From NCBI GenBank assembly GCA_009103225.1, contig RHPI01000638.1, forward strand, positions 806,001 through 870,000: a stretch of DNA of 64,000 nt, written 5' to 3'. The notes beneath the pieces were generated by a model, which saw nothing but the letters and a program-made list of their open reading frames with translations, was not told the origin of the DNA and did not search any database. This document shows, piece after piece, positions 37,801 to 48,405 of the stretch (positions are counted from its first letter, which is position 1; every line of letters begins with the position of its first letter). The position numbers were made by a program, and so were the translations under genes. The DNA is from Chlorokybus atmophyticus (Eukaryota > Plantae > Mesostigma and Chlorokybus algae).

Positions 37801-38670
37801 GGCATTACTGGGAGCGTGCCATCACTGCGGAAGCACTTCAACTAGCCCTAGAAGCTGCCACCCGGTACCTTCCACTTGCCAAAACGCCTAATCCCAATCA
37901 GCCCAGCACCTCCAACCCTGCACCATGCTCGCCACCATCCACTGGCGGTGCAGGTAGCTCTCGAACTGCATCTGTTGCATTGCTGGATAACGTTACTGCC
38001 AACACCTGTGTGGATGACACGGCCTTCCCTTGCCCACTAAACCTTTGCGGGCCTCCTCGCACACTAAACATGCTTCGGTATCGGCCCAACATTGGCATGG
38101 TCAACTATCAACAACGCCATGTCACCTTCAGCCATCACCCTTGGGCTCCACGTTACGTCTTGTTTGACACAGGGGCGCACCCCGTTATCCTGGGCAGACG
38201 TGCAGCTGAACGCTTGGGTATCAGCGACCAAGACCTCAACAGCACGTCGCACGAGATACGCACTGCCCAGGGCGCGCTTGAGCACACCCGTGGTGGTGAA
38301 ACACGCCAACGCATACCTCTGCGCTTTACTGGCTACCAACGGGAAGAAACCACCGTCCTCCACGTCTTCTGTCTCATCTCCAACTCGGAGATGTTCGATG
38401 TTCTCATCAGCATGGAGGCACTGTTCCCCATCGGAGCAGCAGTTGACACGTAGACCGAGCATGCCATCTTTCGGCCGCGTTGGCGCCAAGGGGATGGCAC
38501 CCCCGCTGCCATCCCACTGCGCTTGCGCACGTCATACCACTATCCCCTTACAGCCAGCCCTGTCCCTGACACAACCACTGAAGCGTCATCACCCACGTGC
38601 TCCCGCAGCGGATTTCCGCACGCCTTGACGTCACGCGTTGCCGCTCGAGCCGTTGGCCAGTACTGCCTGT
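34869..38670 (+). pseudogene. Retroelement ORF1 plus aspartic protease: one reading frame of ~1260 codons broken only by in-frame stops
   Basis: The ORF-track entries starting at 34611, 35493, 36390, 36984 and 37491 share one frame. The DTG protease motif is at ~38160. Confidence 0.8.
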
Positions 38671-39033
38671 AGGAGAAAGAGGGGGGGGGGGGCGTGGGGA
38701 GGAGACAGATAGGGTAGATAGTGATTTTTCATGCGGATTATGGCATCCGCGCGCTCGCCCTCAAGGGACGGTGTGCATTCTAGCGCAGGAGGAGTTGCAA
38801 CTGCTGTGCATCCAACAAGCAACCCACATATTGGAGCAGGTGGTAAAATATGTCCTTCACCCGCTGATTGTCCTTGCGAAATTGCCAAGCAGGACCCCAA
38901 CTTCCGCCGGCAATACGCACATACAGTGGCGGCGCACGTGGCAACCACGCCGTTCACACTGCCACCAAACGCCAACGATCCTTTTCACGCGCTTGGCTTG
39001 TCCATTCATCTGTCACCACGTCGTCGCCACCAA

Positions 39034-40012
39034 GGCCTCATTGTTTTGAAGCTGTTCGGCGGCATTGGCAGCGGCTTGGCAGCCATTTTTAATGTCCGCT
39101 TACCCGTCAGCAAGTATTTTTGTTGTGACCCCAGCCCTCCAGTACAGACAGCGGTGTCCCACCACCTGGTACAGTTGCGCAGACAACACCCGCACATGGA
39201 ACCATCCGCAGCGGCCTGCAATCTACGAGCATTGCCTCAAGACATTCGCCTCGTTACAGGCAAACACCTGCAAGCATTGGGTGGTGTCAACATCATTGTT
39301 GCTGGATGGGAATGTCAAGGGCATTCTCGCGCTGGCAAAGGCCTAGGCCTTCAAGATCCACGGTCTCAGCTGTTCTGGGAGTTGGTTCGCATTATCCGCA
39401 CCCTCCAGCAACAGCAACCTTCCAGGCCGCCCGCATACATTCTGAAAAATGTATGCACCAAAGATGACCATCGAGCCAATGTTCGCTCTGACTACAAACG
39501 CGTTTGTACCGTCCTCGGTGAGCCAGTGGTCGTTGACGCAGCGGCTCACAGCTCCCATGCACATCGCTTACGCAGCAAGTGGACCAACCTCGCCAAAACA
39601 CAAGACTTGGTTGCTGCCCAGTCGTTGTACATACGCCCTTCAGGCCTCCTTGTGGCCGACATCTTAGCTGCCGGCAGCACCCCGCAACCAGTGTCAAAGC
39701 TAGACCACACAGGCTTCCACCAAAGCAACCAGGTGGGCCAGCCTATGGCTGCCTTGCCCGCGTTTGTGGCTTTTCCTGGCACCCACTCCTTCCGCAATGG
39801 CAACATCGGTATGGTCTGGGATGCCCATCTACATTGTTTACGCGAACCACTCGCCACCGAACACGAGTTAGCCATGCGCTTCCGTCCCGGCGCCATCACG
39901 CAGGCACCCAAGCTAGCGGAACGCGACTGTCGCCCTCCTTGGCCGCGCCATGGATCAAAACAGCAAGGTTTGGCTATTGGAGACCTGCTTGGCCCTGCAG
40001 GACATCTACTAG
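39034..40012 (+). pseudogene. DNA (cytosine-5)-methyltransferase domain inside the retroelement polyprotein
   Basis: Motifs in canonical order: I, IVLKLFGGIG; IV, AGWECQGHSRAG..GLQDPRSQLFWELVRII; VI, YILKNV (ENV with E>K); VIII, AHRLRSKWTNL; and after a frameshift near 39935, motif X-like ALLGRAMDQN. Confidence 0.92.
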
Positions 40013-40083
40013 CCAGGACTCAGCCCCAGGCCATACGCTGGGGGGGGAGAGTCCGTTAGATTAGGGACCCATCATTCGTCTCC

Positions 40084-43020
40084 ATGGCGGTCCACAGCAC
40101 CGAAATCAAGGCTCTTGAGGAAGCATTGGACATCCCTCACACGGATGAGCCCGAGCAGGAAAGGTGGAGAATCGGTTGTATGGCCTTTGGCAACATCGAG
40201 AATCAGTTGAAAACCCTCTTGGAAGATCACAAGTCGCAGATCGCACACTCCCTTACGGACTTGGGCAAGCGTAACTTCCACGACTTCACCATGGAGCTGG
40301 ACACCACCAGCCCTATCTTCAGCAAGCAGCACCCTCTGGCCAACGTGGAAACTGAACTGATCGCGACCAACTGCAAGAAGCTGCTGGACGCCGGCCTCAT
40401 CGAGGAAGCAGCCCCGAGCACTCGGTACGCTGCGGCCACCGTCATGCCATCGAAAAAGGACGAGCACGGGCAGTGGACACAACGCCGTATGTGCGGAGAT
40501 TACCGCAACCTCAACACCCACACGGTGCTTGACCGCTACCATATGTACACGCCAGACGAAATCTTCGACAGCGTTGCAACTTGCAGGTACTTTTTAGTCC
40601 TCGATATGCGCTCTGGTTTCCACCAGATCGGCATCCAGGATGACCACAAGTGCAAGATCGCCTTCTGGGGCAACCGGACCCTCCACAGTGGAAGGTTATG
40701 CCGTTCGGGCTGAAGAACGCACCAGCTGTCTTTCAACGCGTCATGGACCGCACCCTACGCGGGCTGGACCTATCTAGGTGCTACATTGATGACATTCTCA
40801 TCTTCAGCCACACTGCAGAGTCCCACCTACAGCACATCAAGGAGGTGTTGGAGCGACTGAAGGAACACAACCTCACGGCCCACCCGAAGAAATGACCCAC
40901 CTTCTTCGCCGACAAGATCCCTTACCTCGGCCACCTCATCGTCCTTCCGGTGTTATGGTGCAGCGGGCAAAAGTGGACGCATTACTGAAGGTGCCACCTC
41001 CTACCAACATCTCGCGGCTACGCGCTTTCCTTGGCCTGGCCAACTACTATCATAGGTTCGTGCTGAATTTCTCGAGGATAGCCAAGCCCCTCTACGACCT
41101 GCTAAAGAAGGCAATCACTTGGCACTGGGGCAAAGCTGAGCAGCAGGCGTTTGAGGCACTCAAGAGCCATCTTCAGTTTGCCCCAATACTGGTACGCCCC
41201 GACTACAGCAAGCCATTCATCATCCACACCGACTGGAGTCGACTTGGGCTAGGAGCTGTGCTGTGTTAGAAGAATGACAAGGGCAAGGAACAAATTATTG
41301 CTTACGCCAGTCGGAGCAATAATGCTGCTGAAGCCAACTATAGCATCTACGAAGGGGAGCAGCTTGCAGCGGTCTGGGCCATTCAGTTTTTTCGGCCATT
41401 TCTCTTCGGTTACCAGTTCGAACTGGTAACGGAGCATCAACCTCTTCAGTGGCTCCTCACCAGCGACAAGTTGACTAGTAAGCACGCCCGTTGGGCCTTG
41501 CTGCTGCAAGAGTATGATTTTACCATCACGCACAAGCCTGGCGTCATCAACACCGATGCCGATGGCTTGAGTCGCAACCCCAACCCCGACACTGTGGACA
41601 TCACCGGCGCCCGATACGACGACGGTGACACTCCCCACCAGCACTCCATGCTGATTGTGGCAGCTGGTATACACGCAGAAGCACGCAACCCCGTGCTCCG
41701 TGCCACCATACCTCCTGCATCTGAGGGAGACATCTGTACCGATGCCCCTACTCTGCAGCTGGTGAAGACAGGGACCTTACCCGGTGGGCTCGACCACAAG
41801 GAAGTCGATCGTGGACAGCATCGGGCCAAAAATTACACATGGAGTAACGACACCCTTTGGCGCATCATGAACGACGGTCAGCGCAAGGAGGTACCCCAGC
41901 CTCATCGACGCGCAACCATCATCGCCAACCTCCACCACCATCTAGGCCACTTCGGAATGAAGCGCACGGCTAACATGGTGCGCAGCGATTACTGGTGGAA
42001 CGGGTTCACAAGCAACGTCGCTGACGTGCTCCAGCAATGCAAGTCCTGTGACCGTATCCGTGCCAGCTTCTCGCATCGCCATCCCCCAAGCTTCACCCGC
42101 TGCCCATCATGGGCCTTGGTTATCGTTGGAGCATGGACTTGGCAGGCGAGCTGCCCATCACCCGCCGTGGTAACGTATACATCCTCGTTGCCATCGAGCA
42201 CTTCAGCAAGTGGGTCGAACTCATCCCCCTGCCCGACAAGTTGGCCGCAACCGTGACGCAGGTCTTCTTTGCTCACATACTTAGCAGGTTCGGCGCCTGT
42301 GCCGAACTCCTCACTGATTAGGGTACTGAATTTCAGGGAGAATTCGACGTCCTCCTCTATCGCTTGCTAATCGATCACCGCCGCACCATCCGCGATCACC
42401 CTCAAGCTGACGGGCGTGCAGAACAAATGGTACAGACAGTCAAAAGGGCACTCCGGCGCTATAATGTCACCCATTCGCAGGATGAGTGGGACGAATTCTT
42501 GCCTTGGCTTGCCCTCGGCTACCATTGCACCCGGCAGGCGGCACTACGCTCCTTCAGCCCGTATTTCCTCATGTACGGCAGGGAGCCGTTGCTCCCTTTT
42601 CGCGTCCGCCATGCTACAGAAGCAGTTGAGGACATCATCAACAAACCCACCCACGTGATGGAAGTGCTGACAGCCCGCGCCAACCTGCTCAGAGCTGCGG
42701 TTGCCTTTGCCCTGGCCAACCTCAAGGCCGCGAAGCGTAGGGATAAGCGCCGATACGAAAACGTGCGCAGCGGCAGCTACGTGCCTTAAACCCGCGAATT
42801 CCACCAGGGGGACTACGTCTACCGCAAGAAGCAAACCACCAACACCCTGGACCCAGCCAACTACGGCATGGTTTACAAGGTGGTTCAGGTGCGCGCTCAA
42901 GGCACTCTGTCACTGCGCGATCCCTCAGGCACCCTCATGATTGACCACGTAGAAAACTGTTTCCCCTGTCATCTCCTGTACGTTGAAGGGCTGGGCAAAC
43001 CTCGCCCGCGGGTTCACATT
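40084..43020 (+). pseudogene. Gypsy RT, RNase H and integrase, fragmented by frameshifts and stops
   Basis: Motifs as listed for the whole element; ORF-track pieces start at 40084, 40650, 40892, 41471, 42109 and 42364. Confidence 0.95.
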
Positions 43021-43026
43021 CTGTAA

Positions 43027-43182
43027 TGCACTGGGTGCGCCTCTTCCGTTCCGCTTTTGAGGGAGTGCGACTCCTGCTGGGAGTACTGGCACTCAGCATG
43101 CAGCCTAGGTGTTACACCTGCTGTGGCCGACCCCGACAATGCCACCACCTCCACACAGCTGCCATGGCGCTGCCACCGGTGC
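43027..43182 (+). other. PHD finger at the integrase C-terminus
   Basis: Translation CTGCASSVPLLRECDSCWEYWHSACSLGVTP...LPWRCHRC gives C4-H-C3 spacing with the WxC signature. It follows a TAA and precedes the PPT. Confidence 0.85.
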
Positions 43183-43844
43183 CAGGCTCATCTCAAGGGC
43201 GCCAATGATCAGGCAGGGGGNGGGGGAGCTTGTTGAGTAACTACCACCCCGGTCAAGCCCAGGGTATCACACAGCTGTTTTTCATCCCAACTGTCCCCCG
43301 TACTCGCTGCTACACACAGCTTCGGTGTCATTGGCTTGACCTCTTGCAAGCTGCCCAGTAACTTTACTCATTCTTGACACTTGTACACATCCGCGTACGC
43401 AACCCACTGCGAGACCCACCCCGCAGTCGAGGCCTGCTTGCACGACAACTAGCATACCGCATGCTTGCAAGAATGTATGTGTGTATCGAAATCTCGCACA
43501 CCGGTAGAAATGGGTTTCGGCAAGTCAGGCTGGGTCGTTAAGATTATTATTATTATTATTATTAATTTATAGCTTGATCTCTATATCAGTTGGAACCTGT
43601 CACAAGCAGCCATCAGCCGGTCACTTGTACTGTATTAAATCTCCTACAACGTTGAGGACCGCGCGTTATAATTGTTAATAACCATGGTCGTGACCAAGAC
43701 TTGTACGAATGTTCATCAATATATTGACCACTTCCCTGACGCCGTTGGGGACACGGTGGTTACATAAAAACGCATTTAAGTAAAAACAATGGCCGGTACG
43801 AATCATTGCTGCGACCGGGATTGATTCCGTCATTGATGCATAGA

Positions 43845-44339
43845 TGTCACAGCCCACTCGACCATAAAAGACTTGGTGCTTTTATGGTCGATTTGTGGTA
43901 ATTTAATGTACCTTCCCGTTACATTCCCCCCCACTTAAGAACGTTGACGTCCTCGGCAGCTGGGGAATCATCCCAAGGGTCTAATTAGGGTCGGTTTCCG
44001 GCCCCACCGCCCAAGGACCGGCCAATCTAGGCCCATACCGGTCAACGCGCGCATAGCGCACCGCTGCTGGCCCCACAGGTCGCATCGCGACCGGCAGGTC
44101 GTGTCCTGCCGCGCCGACTGAATGCCGGCACACTGCCATTAGGCAAGTCGCGACCCATCGATGATGGCACTTATGACCATTTACGATGTTACTGGATTGA
44201 GAAACAACGATCGCGGAATCCGTGTGCAAGGCAGGAATTAAGCCCGGGTCTCAAGCTGCGATGACCAATATCACACCCCACTCGACCATAAAAGACTTGG
44301 TGCTTTATGGTCGATTGTGGTAATGTACCTTCCCGTACA
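43845..44339 (-). mobile_element. Second TRIM, 495 bp, same family as 31642-32137
   Basis: LTRs at 43845-43923 (79 bp) and 44269-44339 (71 bp). On the minus strand: PBS-like TTGGTCATCGCAGCTTGAGACCC and PPT TAAGTGGGGGGGAA. The 5 bp TSD ATAGA is on both sides. Confidence 0.92.
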
Positions 44340-44566
44340 ATAGATCTAGCAGTCATAAAGTTGTAAGTTACAACAGGCTGTCAGTATAGATTACCGGTAC
44401 AGTGTACAGTGTAGTGCTGTTGTATGCAACCGTGGTGCATGTGTCGCGGGACGCATGTTGTTCATTGCGTAAACATGAATGCAATACAACTGACCCGTGG
44501 GACAATTGACGGAGCAAGTATGTTATTAATGTACCAAAGCACTAAACACCTCTCACCGCGTCGTGT

Positions 44567-44662
44567 GTCGTCGAAGCCTAGTCAATCAGTGCCAAGGTCT
44601 TTGGATTGTTGCTTACTAACCCGACAGACTCATCCGCGCAGGTTCAAAACCCGGCGATGGAG
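44567..44662 (+). pseudogene. Possible degenerate tRNA-Ser-like sequence (tRNA pseudogene or SINE head)
   Basis: Contains GTCGTCGAAGCCTAGT, TGCTTACTAA and a B-box-like GCGCAGGTTCAAAACCC. The stems pair poorly. Confidence 0.2.
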
Positions 44663-44989
44663 ATGCGAAATGCTCGGCGTTGCGATGGTTTTGGCTTTTT
44701 GCCGCGAACTGCGGCCATAACATTTCTGGTCAGATCACGCATTAAGATGAATCCCCTTAATACACGATCTAACCAAAAATAAGTATAGGATGTGGCCATT
44801 AAATTCAAGAAAAGACGGATATCAAACTTAATGCACACCAACTACTTGACCTTAATGGCAGCTGGATATCAAACTAAGTTTTGGCTGCAGCAGAAAAAGT
44901 GCAAAAAGCGATATGTTGCTTGCATATAAATCCCTAAGTAAGTTATAGCTGGATCTCCATTCAAGTTGTGGGCAAGACCGAACTGTTGG

Positions 44990-46800
44990 GGGCCATTTCT
45001 ATTGGTGACATGCTCTCCAAGCAGGTTGCTGCAGGGACAGCATTCAGACGATACGTTCCAGTTGAATGTGCTGATCCCAGTATGCCCGGGGGGCAGTGTA
45101 GCATGTACCTTCCTGGGTTTGTTGTCCATCTCTATCCTCCATGCGCAAACTGACTTGCACATCCCCATCACCTGCCGAAACACCCTTCAGTGTGTGCAAC
45201 TGAAAGTACGCACGCACACACGCAGAACACAGGCACACACATCGCGACTAGCATGCCGCCAACCTCTCACAGCGAAGGCACCAGTCCTCTGCCAGACAGC
45301 CCCACCTGCTACCAGGTTGCATCACGCGGGTACCCCATTACCAGCTCTGCACGTCCCGCAGTTACACGTTGTGCCGCTGCCGCCGCGCGGGACCCCGTGC
45401 GAGCTGCTGGACAAGCTGGATGAACAGGCAAAGGTGCAGTTGCTGTGTCCGATCCTGACGCAGCTGCACTTGTAAGGCACGTCCTCTGCGTGGATGCATA
45501 CGTGTACTCTCTCATGAGCACATATGGCAATGGCAACTGCGTATCTGCGTGTGCGCATGTGCACACGCACATATATGCACTTGTGCATGCATACACTTCT
45601 GACCTGTGTGCTCGTGCACAGGGTATACATCATAGTCATTCAAGTCAACACATGCCATGCAGTGCAAGGATTTTGAACAGAGAGTGTGAACTTCGTGTGA
45701 CGTGCATGGGGAGCAGGCAGTTGGTAACACAGCTTGCCCATGCGAAAGAACGACAACCACAACCCCACTCGGTAGTAGAGGCCGCCAGAGGCCGCCGGTG
45801 ACCAGTGGTGTGTGCCGCTACTATGTGAGTGACAGCTATGACACGCTGCTTCGGCACTGCTGACGTGAGCAGTGCAAGCGCTCAAGGACCAGCAGCAGCG
45901 AGGGTTTGGGGGGGCAAGACTATGGGGAGAGAAAGAGGGCGGAGAGGGTGAGAGGGACGGAGTCCACCTCATCTGCATGTTACTGCTACTGCCGGCATCG
46001 TGGACCATAACTGACAGCAGGCCCTGTGGGCAGGTGATACTACTGCTATGCATGCTTGCATGACTAACAGATACGGGGTTTAATAGTGATTGATAGGTGA
46101 GACAGTAGCCGACTGTGCCATAGCGCGGTACCAGTGGTGAGATGATGATATGCTGATATGTTGTATGCGGTGTGTATGGTGTTGAGTGCCAATTGGTGTG
46201 GATGCATGTGCATTTTGTCATTGGCAATGTTTGTACACACATGCTCAGTGCACAAAGACACAGCATGCAAGACGAGTGAGCACAAGTATTATAACCGGGG
46301 CCCCTTCACCTACCCGTCACTATCTTCAAGTCAAGATAGTGTATTTTTGTGCTCCTACGTGCAATCCAAATGCGGTGCATGCGCAAGCATTGGCATCATG
46401 GTGTGCAATGTGAGAACGTGTGTGGGTTTTATTTTTGTCTGCGTCTCATACAGCGATGTGGACGGCCCCACACACAACACTGTGTGACACTACTAAACAA
46501 CGTTACTGTACAGCACTAAGTACTGATCTCCAGCGCATGTGTACCTACAAGCGAGTCGCTGCCGCACTGCCCGCAGTCAGTACCACGGCCGCATTCGTCC
46601 AGCGCTGTTAAGGCTCGGTTAAGCCACTGAACTGTACGCATTCAGCCCAGTCAGCTTTGCAACGGGGCGTTACATCTCAGCGTTCGCACCGACGATTCTT
46701 TGCGTTCGCCATACTTCGACGGTCGAGTGTCGACGCATGCTAGGTTGAACCAGCCAGCTGACTGACAAGCAGGTGCGCACAGGTTGGGTACTACGCTCTT
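44990..46800. other. Exon- and intron-like segments of an unresolved gene or pseudogene
   Basis: Plausible splice signals and short protein-like frames occur on both strands, but no consistent model emerged. 46600-46790 is homologous to 30525-30720. Confidence 0.25.
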
Positions 46801-47427
46801 AGTCAGGCGCAGGCGACGGCGTTGCTGCTAGTGGTGGCCGGTGTTGTTGTTGGTGTACTACTCGTACATTCTGCTGGTAGGAAGGCTGGGAATTGCATTT
46901 CAGGTTGCTAAGTTGGTCCTCGCTGGGCTACTCTGCGACATAAGGCAAGCACTGGTTGTTGATGGCAAGTGATAGTGGCATGCGGCGTTCTGTCAGGTTG
47001 GCTGGCTGTAAATGCTTTGCATTGTTGAAAGCATGGCTCAATTCTCAAAGCAATATGCCTATCAAAGTGAGAAGGTGCCGTGTCCAAGGCAAGCTTGTCC
47101 AAAATTTCAACTAGGCTTCACCTCTGTACAGTCCTGTCAACGTGCTACCGGTGCAGTCTGCACGCTGAGAAAGCGTCGTTCAGCAGCAGCTTGGGTAGTG
47201 CACCATTCTGTTGAACTGAAACTGCACTGTGCGTTCCAAAGCATGCCTTCCTCGGGTCACGGGAATCTCATATGAATTATACCCTACTGCAGACAGCAAG
47301 TGCGTTTACGAACACTGAGTTGACTGCAGTTGATACGTGGCTGTAGCAATTCAGTTTCAAGAGCTGGTTGGTATGGGCAGCATGCTGGTGGGCAGAGTAT
47401 GTTTGCTTCTGTCAAAGGTCTTCATGC

Positions 47428-47506
47428 ATGCATGCAAAGCATGTCACCAGATGAAGCGGCTGCCAGCTGCGCAGCCGCTTCATCTGGTGACATGCTTTGC
47501 ATGCAT
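47428..47506. other. Perfect 36 bp inverted repeat with a 7 nt loop
   Basis: ATGCATGCAAAGCATGTCACCAGATGAAGCGGCTGC (47428-47463) is the exact reverse complement of 47471-47506. Confidence 0.95.
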
Positions 47507-47667
47507 ACTGTACTACACATTCAGCTGCTGAGCGCATAGTTAAACTACTCACCAAAGTATTAAACCGTTCTGTCTTGTCATCACGACTGGCACTTGCAGT
47601 GGTTAGATGTTGCCAGCAACCAATCTCAAGAACTGATCATGAGAGCCTCCCTTGCATTCCTTCCAGC

Positions 47668-48405
47668 ATGACAGAACGCAAGACAACACGGACAGCAGTG
47701 GCACAAGTGCTGGACAACGCAGACCTAGTGCGCTTGCTTGCGAGGCACTTGTGTCCCAGAGACTGCGCGCGCGTGCGCTTTGTCAACAAGCTGTGGAGCA
47801 ATGCGGCTGCCGACGCGGAAGAGGAGTATTATCGAGAGCGGTGGCCGCCGAGTCCGGCACATCTGCGCCAGTGCTACTTGCTGTTAGCAGCCTTCAAGCG
47901 AGGCGTCTTTCCAGCACAGTACACTGACGCTTCGCTGGCCTTCTGCAAGGTGCAGCATGCAGATGGCCGCAATGTGCTGCTACCGCACAGTTTCTACTAC
48001 GAGTCCGCCCAGAATGGCGCTGTTGGTTGGCAGTACAATTGCGATGGGGAGCGTGTTTGCATTCCTGCCACAGTTGAGGCGCTTGTTGATTTTGGCACAA
48101 GCTTGGTGTTTACCCTTTTCATTCTCCGGATTGAGAATGGGGAGCTCTTACACAAGAGTGCCGAAAGTCGCTGCTACTGCCCTCGTGTGATTAACAATAG
48201 TGCCGAGCCGTGTACCATGTGGATCCATCTGGATGTGATGCCGAAGGGCCCTTTCAAACCGTATCACAGGCGCGAGCTTATGGTGGCAGAGTACGGATTC
48301 TTGTTTCACCGACGAATGCCGGCTACCTCACAAGGAGGAGGCGCACTTGTCTTGCAGTACACACGCTGCAGCCCAAAAGCTGCCAATATACCCAAGCTGG
48401 TCTGA
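47668..48405 (+). CDS. Single-exon F-box-like protein (245 aa) with an unknown C-terminal domain
   Basis: Open frame. The N-terminal VLDNADLVRLLARHLCPRDCARVRFVNKLWSNAA fits the F-box pattern. A decayed paralog at 31.5-32.5 kb supports a real gene. Confidence 0.75.
   Translation: MTERKTTRTAVAQVLDNADLVRLLARHLCPRDCARVRFVNKLWSNAAADAEEEYYRERWPPSPAHLRQCYLLLAAFKRGVFPAQYTDASLAFCKVQHADGRNVLLPHSFYYESAQNGAVGWQYNCDGERVCIPATVEALVDFGTSLVFTLFILRIENGELLHKSAESRCYCPRVINNSAEPCTMWIHLDVMPKGPFKPYHRRELMVAEYGFLFHRRMPATSQGGGALVLQYTRCSPKAANIPKLV

Larger units (their letters stand above)
33846..43540 (+). mobile_element. Decayed Ty3/gypsy LTR retrotransposon: long ORF1, protease, C5 DNA methyltransferase, RT, RNase H, integrase, PHD finger
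   Basis: Protease VLFDTGA; RT RMCGDYRNLN...LDMRSGFHQI...MPFGLKNAP...CYIDDILI; RNase H IIHTDWSRLGLGAVL...IAYASR; integrase HHHLGHFG...C.SC, WSMDLAG...ELLTD*G.EF...HPQADGRAE; PPT at 43211-43228. The outer boundaries are approximate because the two LTR candidates do not match. Confidence 0.93.

Noticed and set aside
34869-43026. Reassigned genetic code (TAA/TAG = Gln, as in some ulvophyte algae) as the explanation for in-frame stops at Gln positions
   Set aside because: Host exons (F-box, PP2C, DSP, secreted gene) contain many Gln codons, none TAR. Paralogous genes appear to end in TAG or TAA. The element also has a TGA stop, a probable TGG>TAG change and frameshifts, so decay explains the pattern better.
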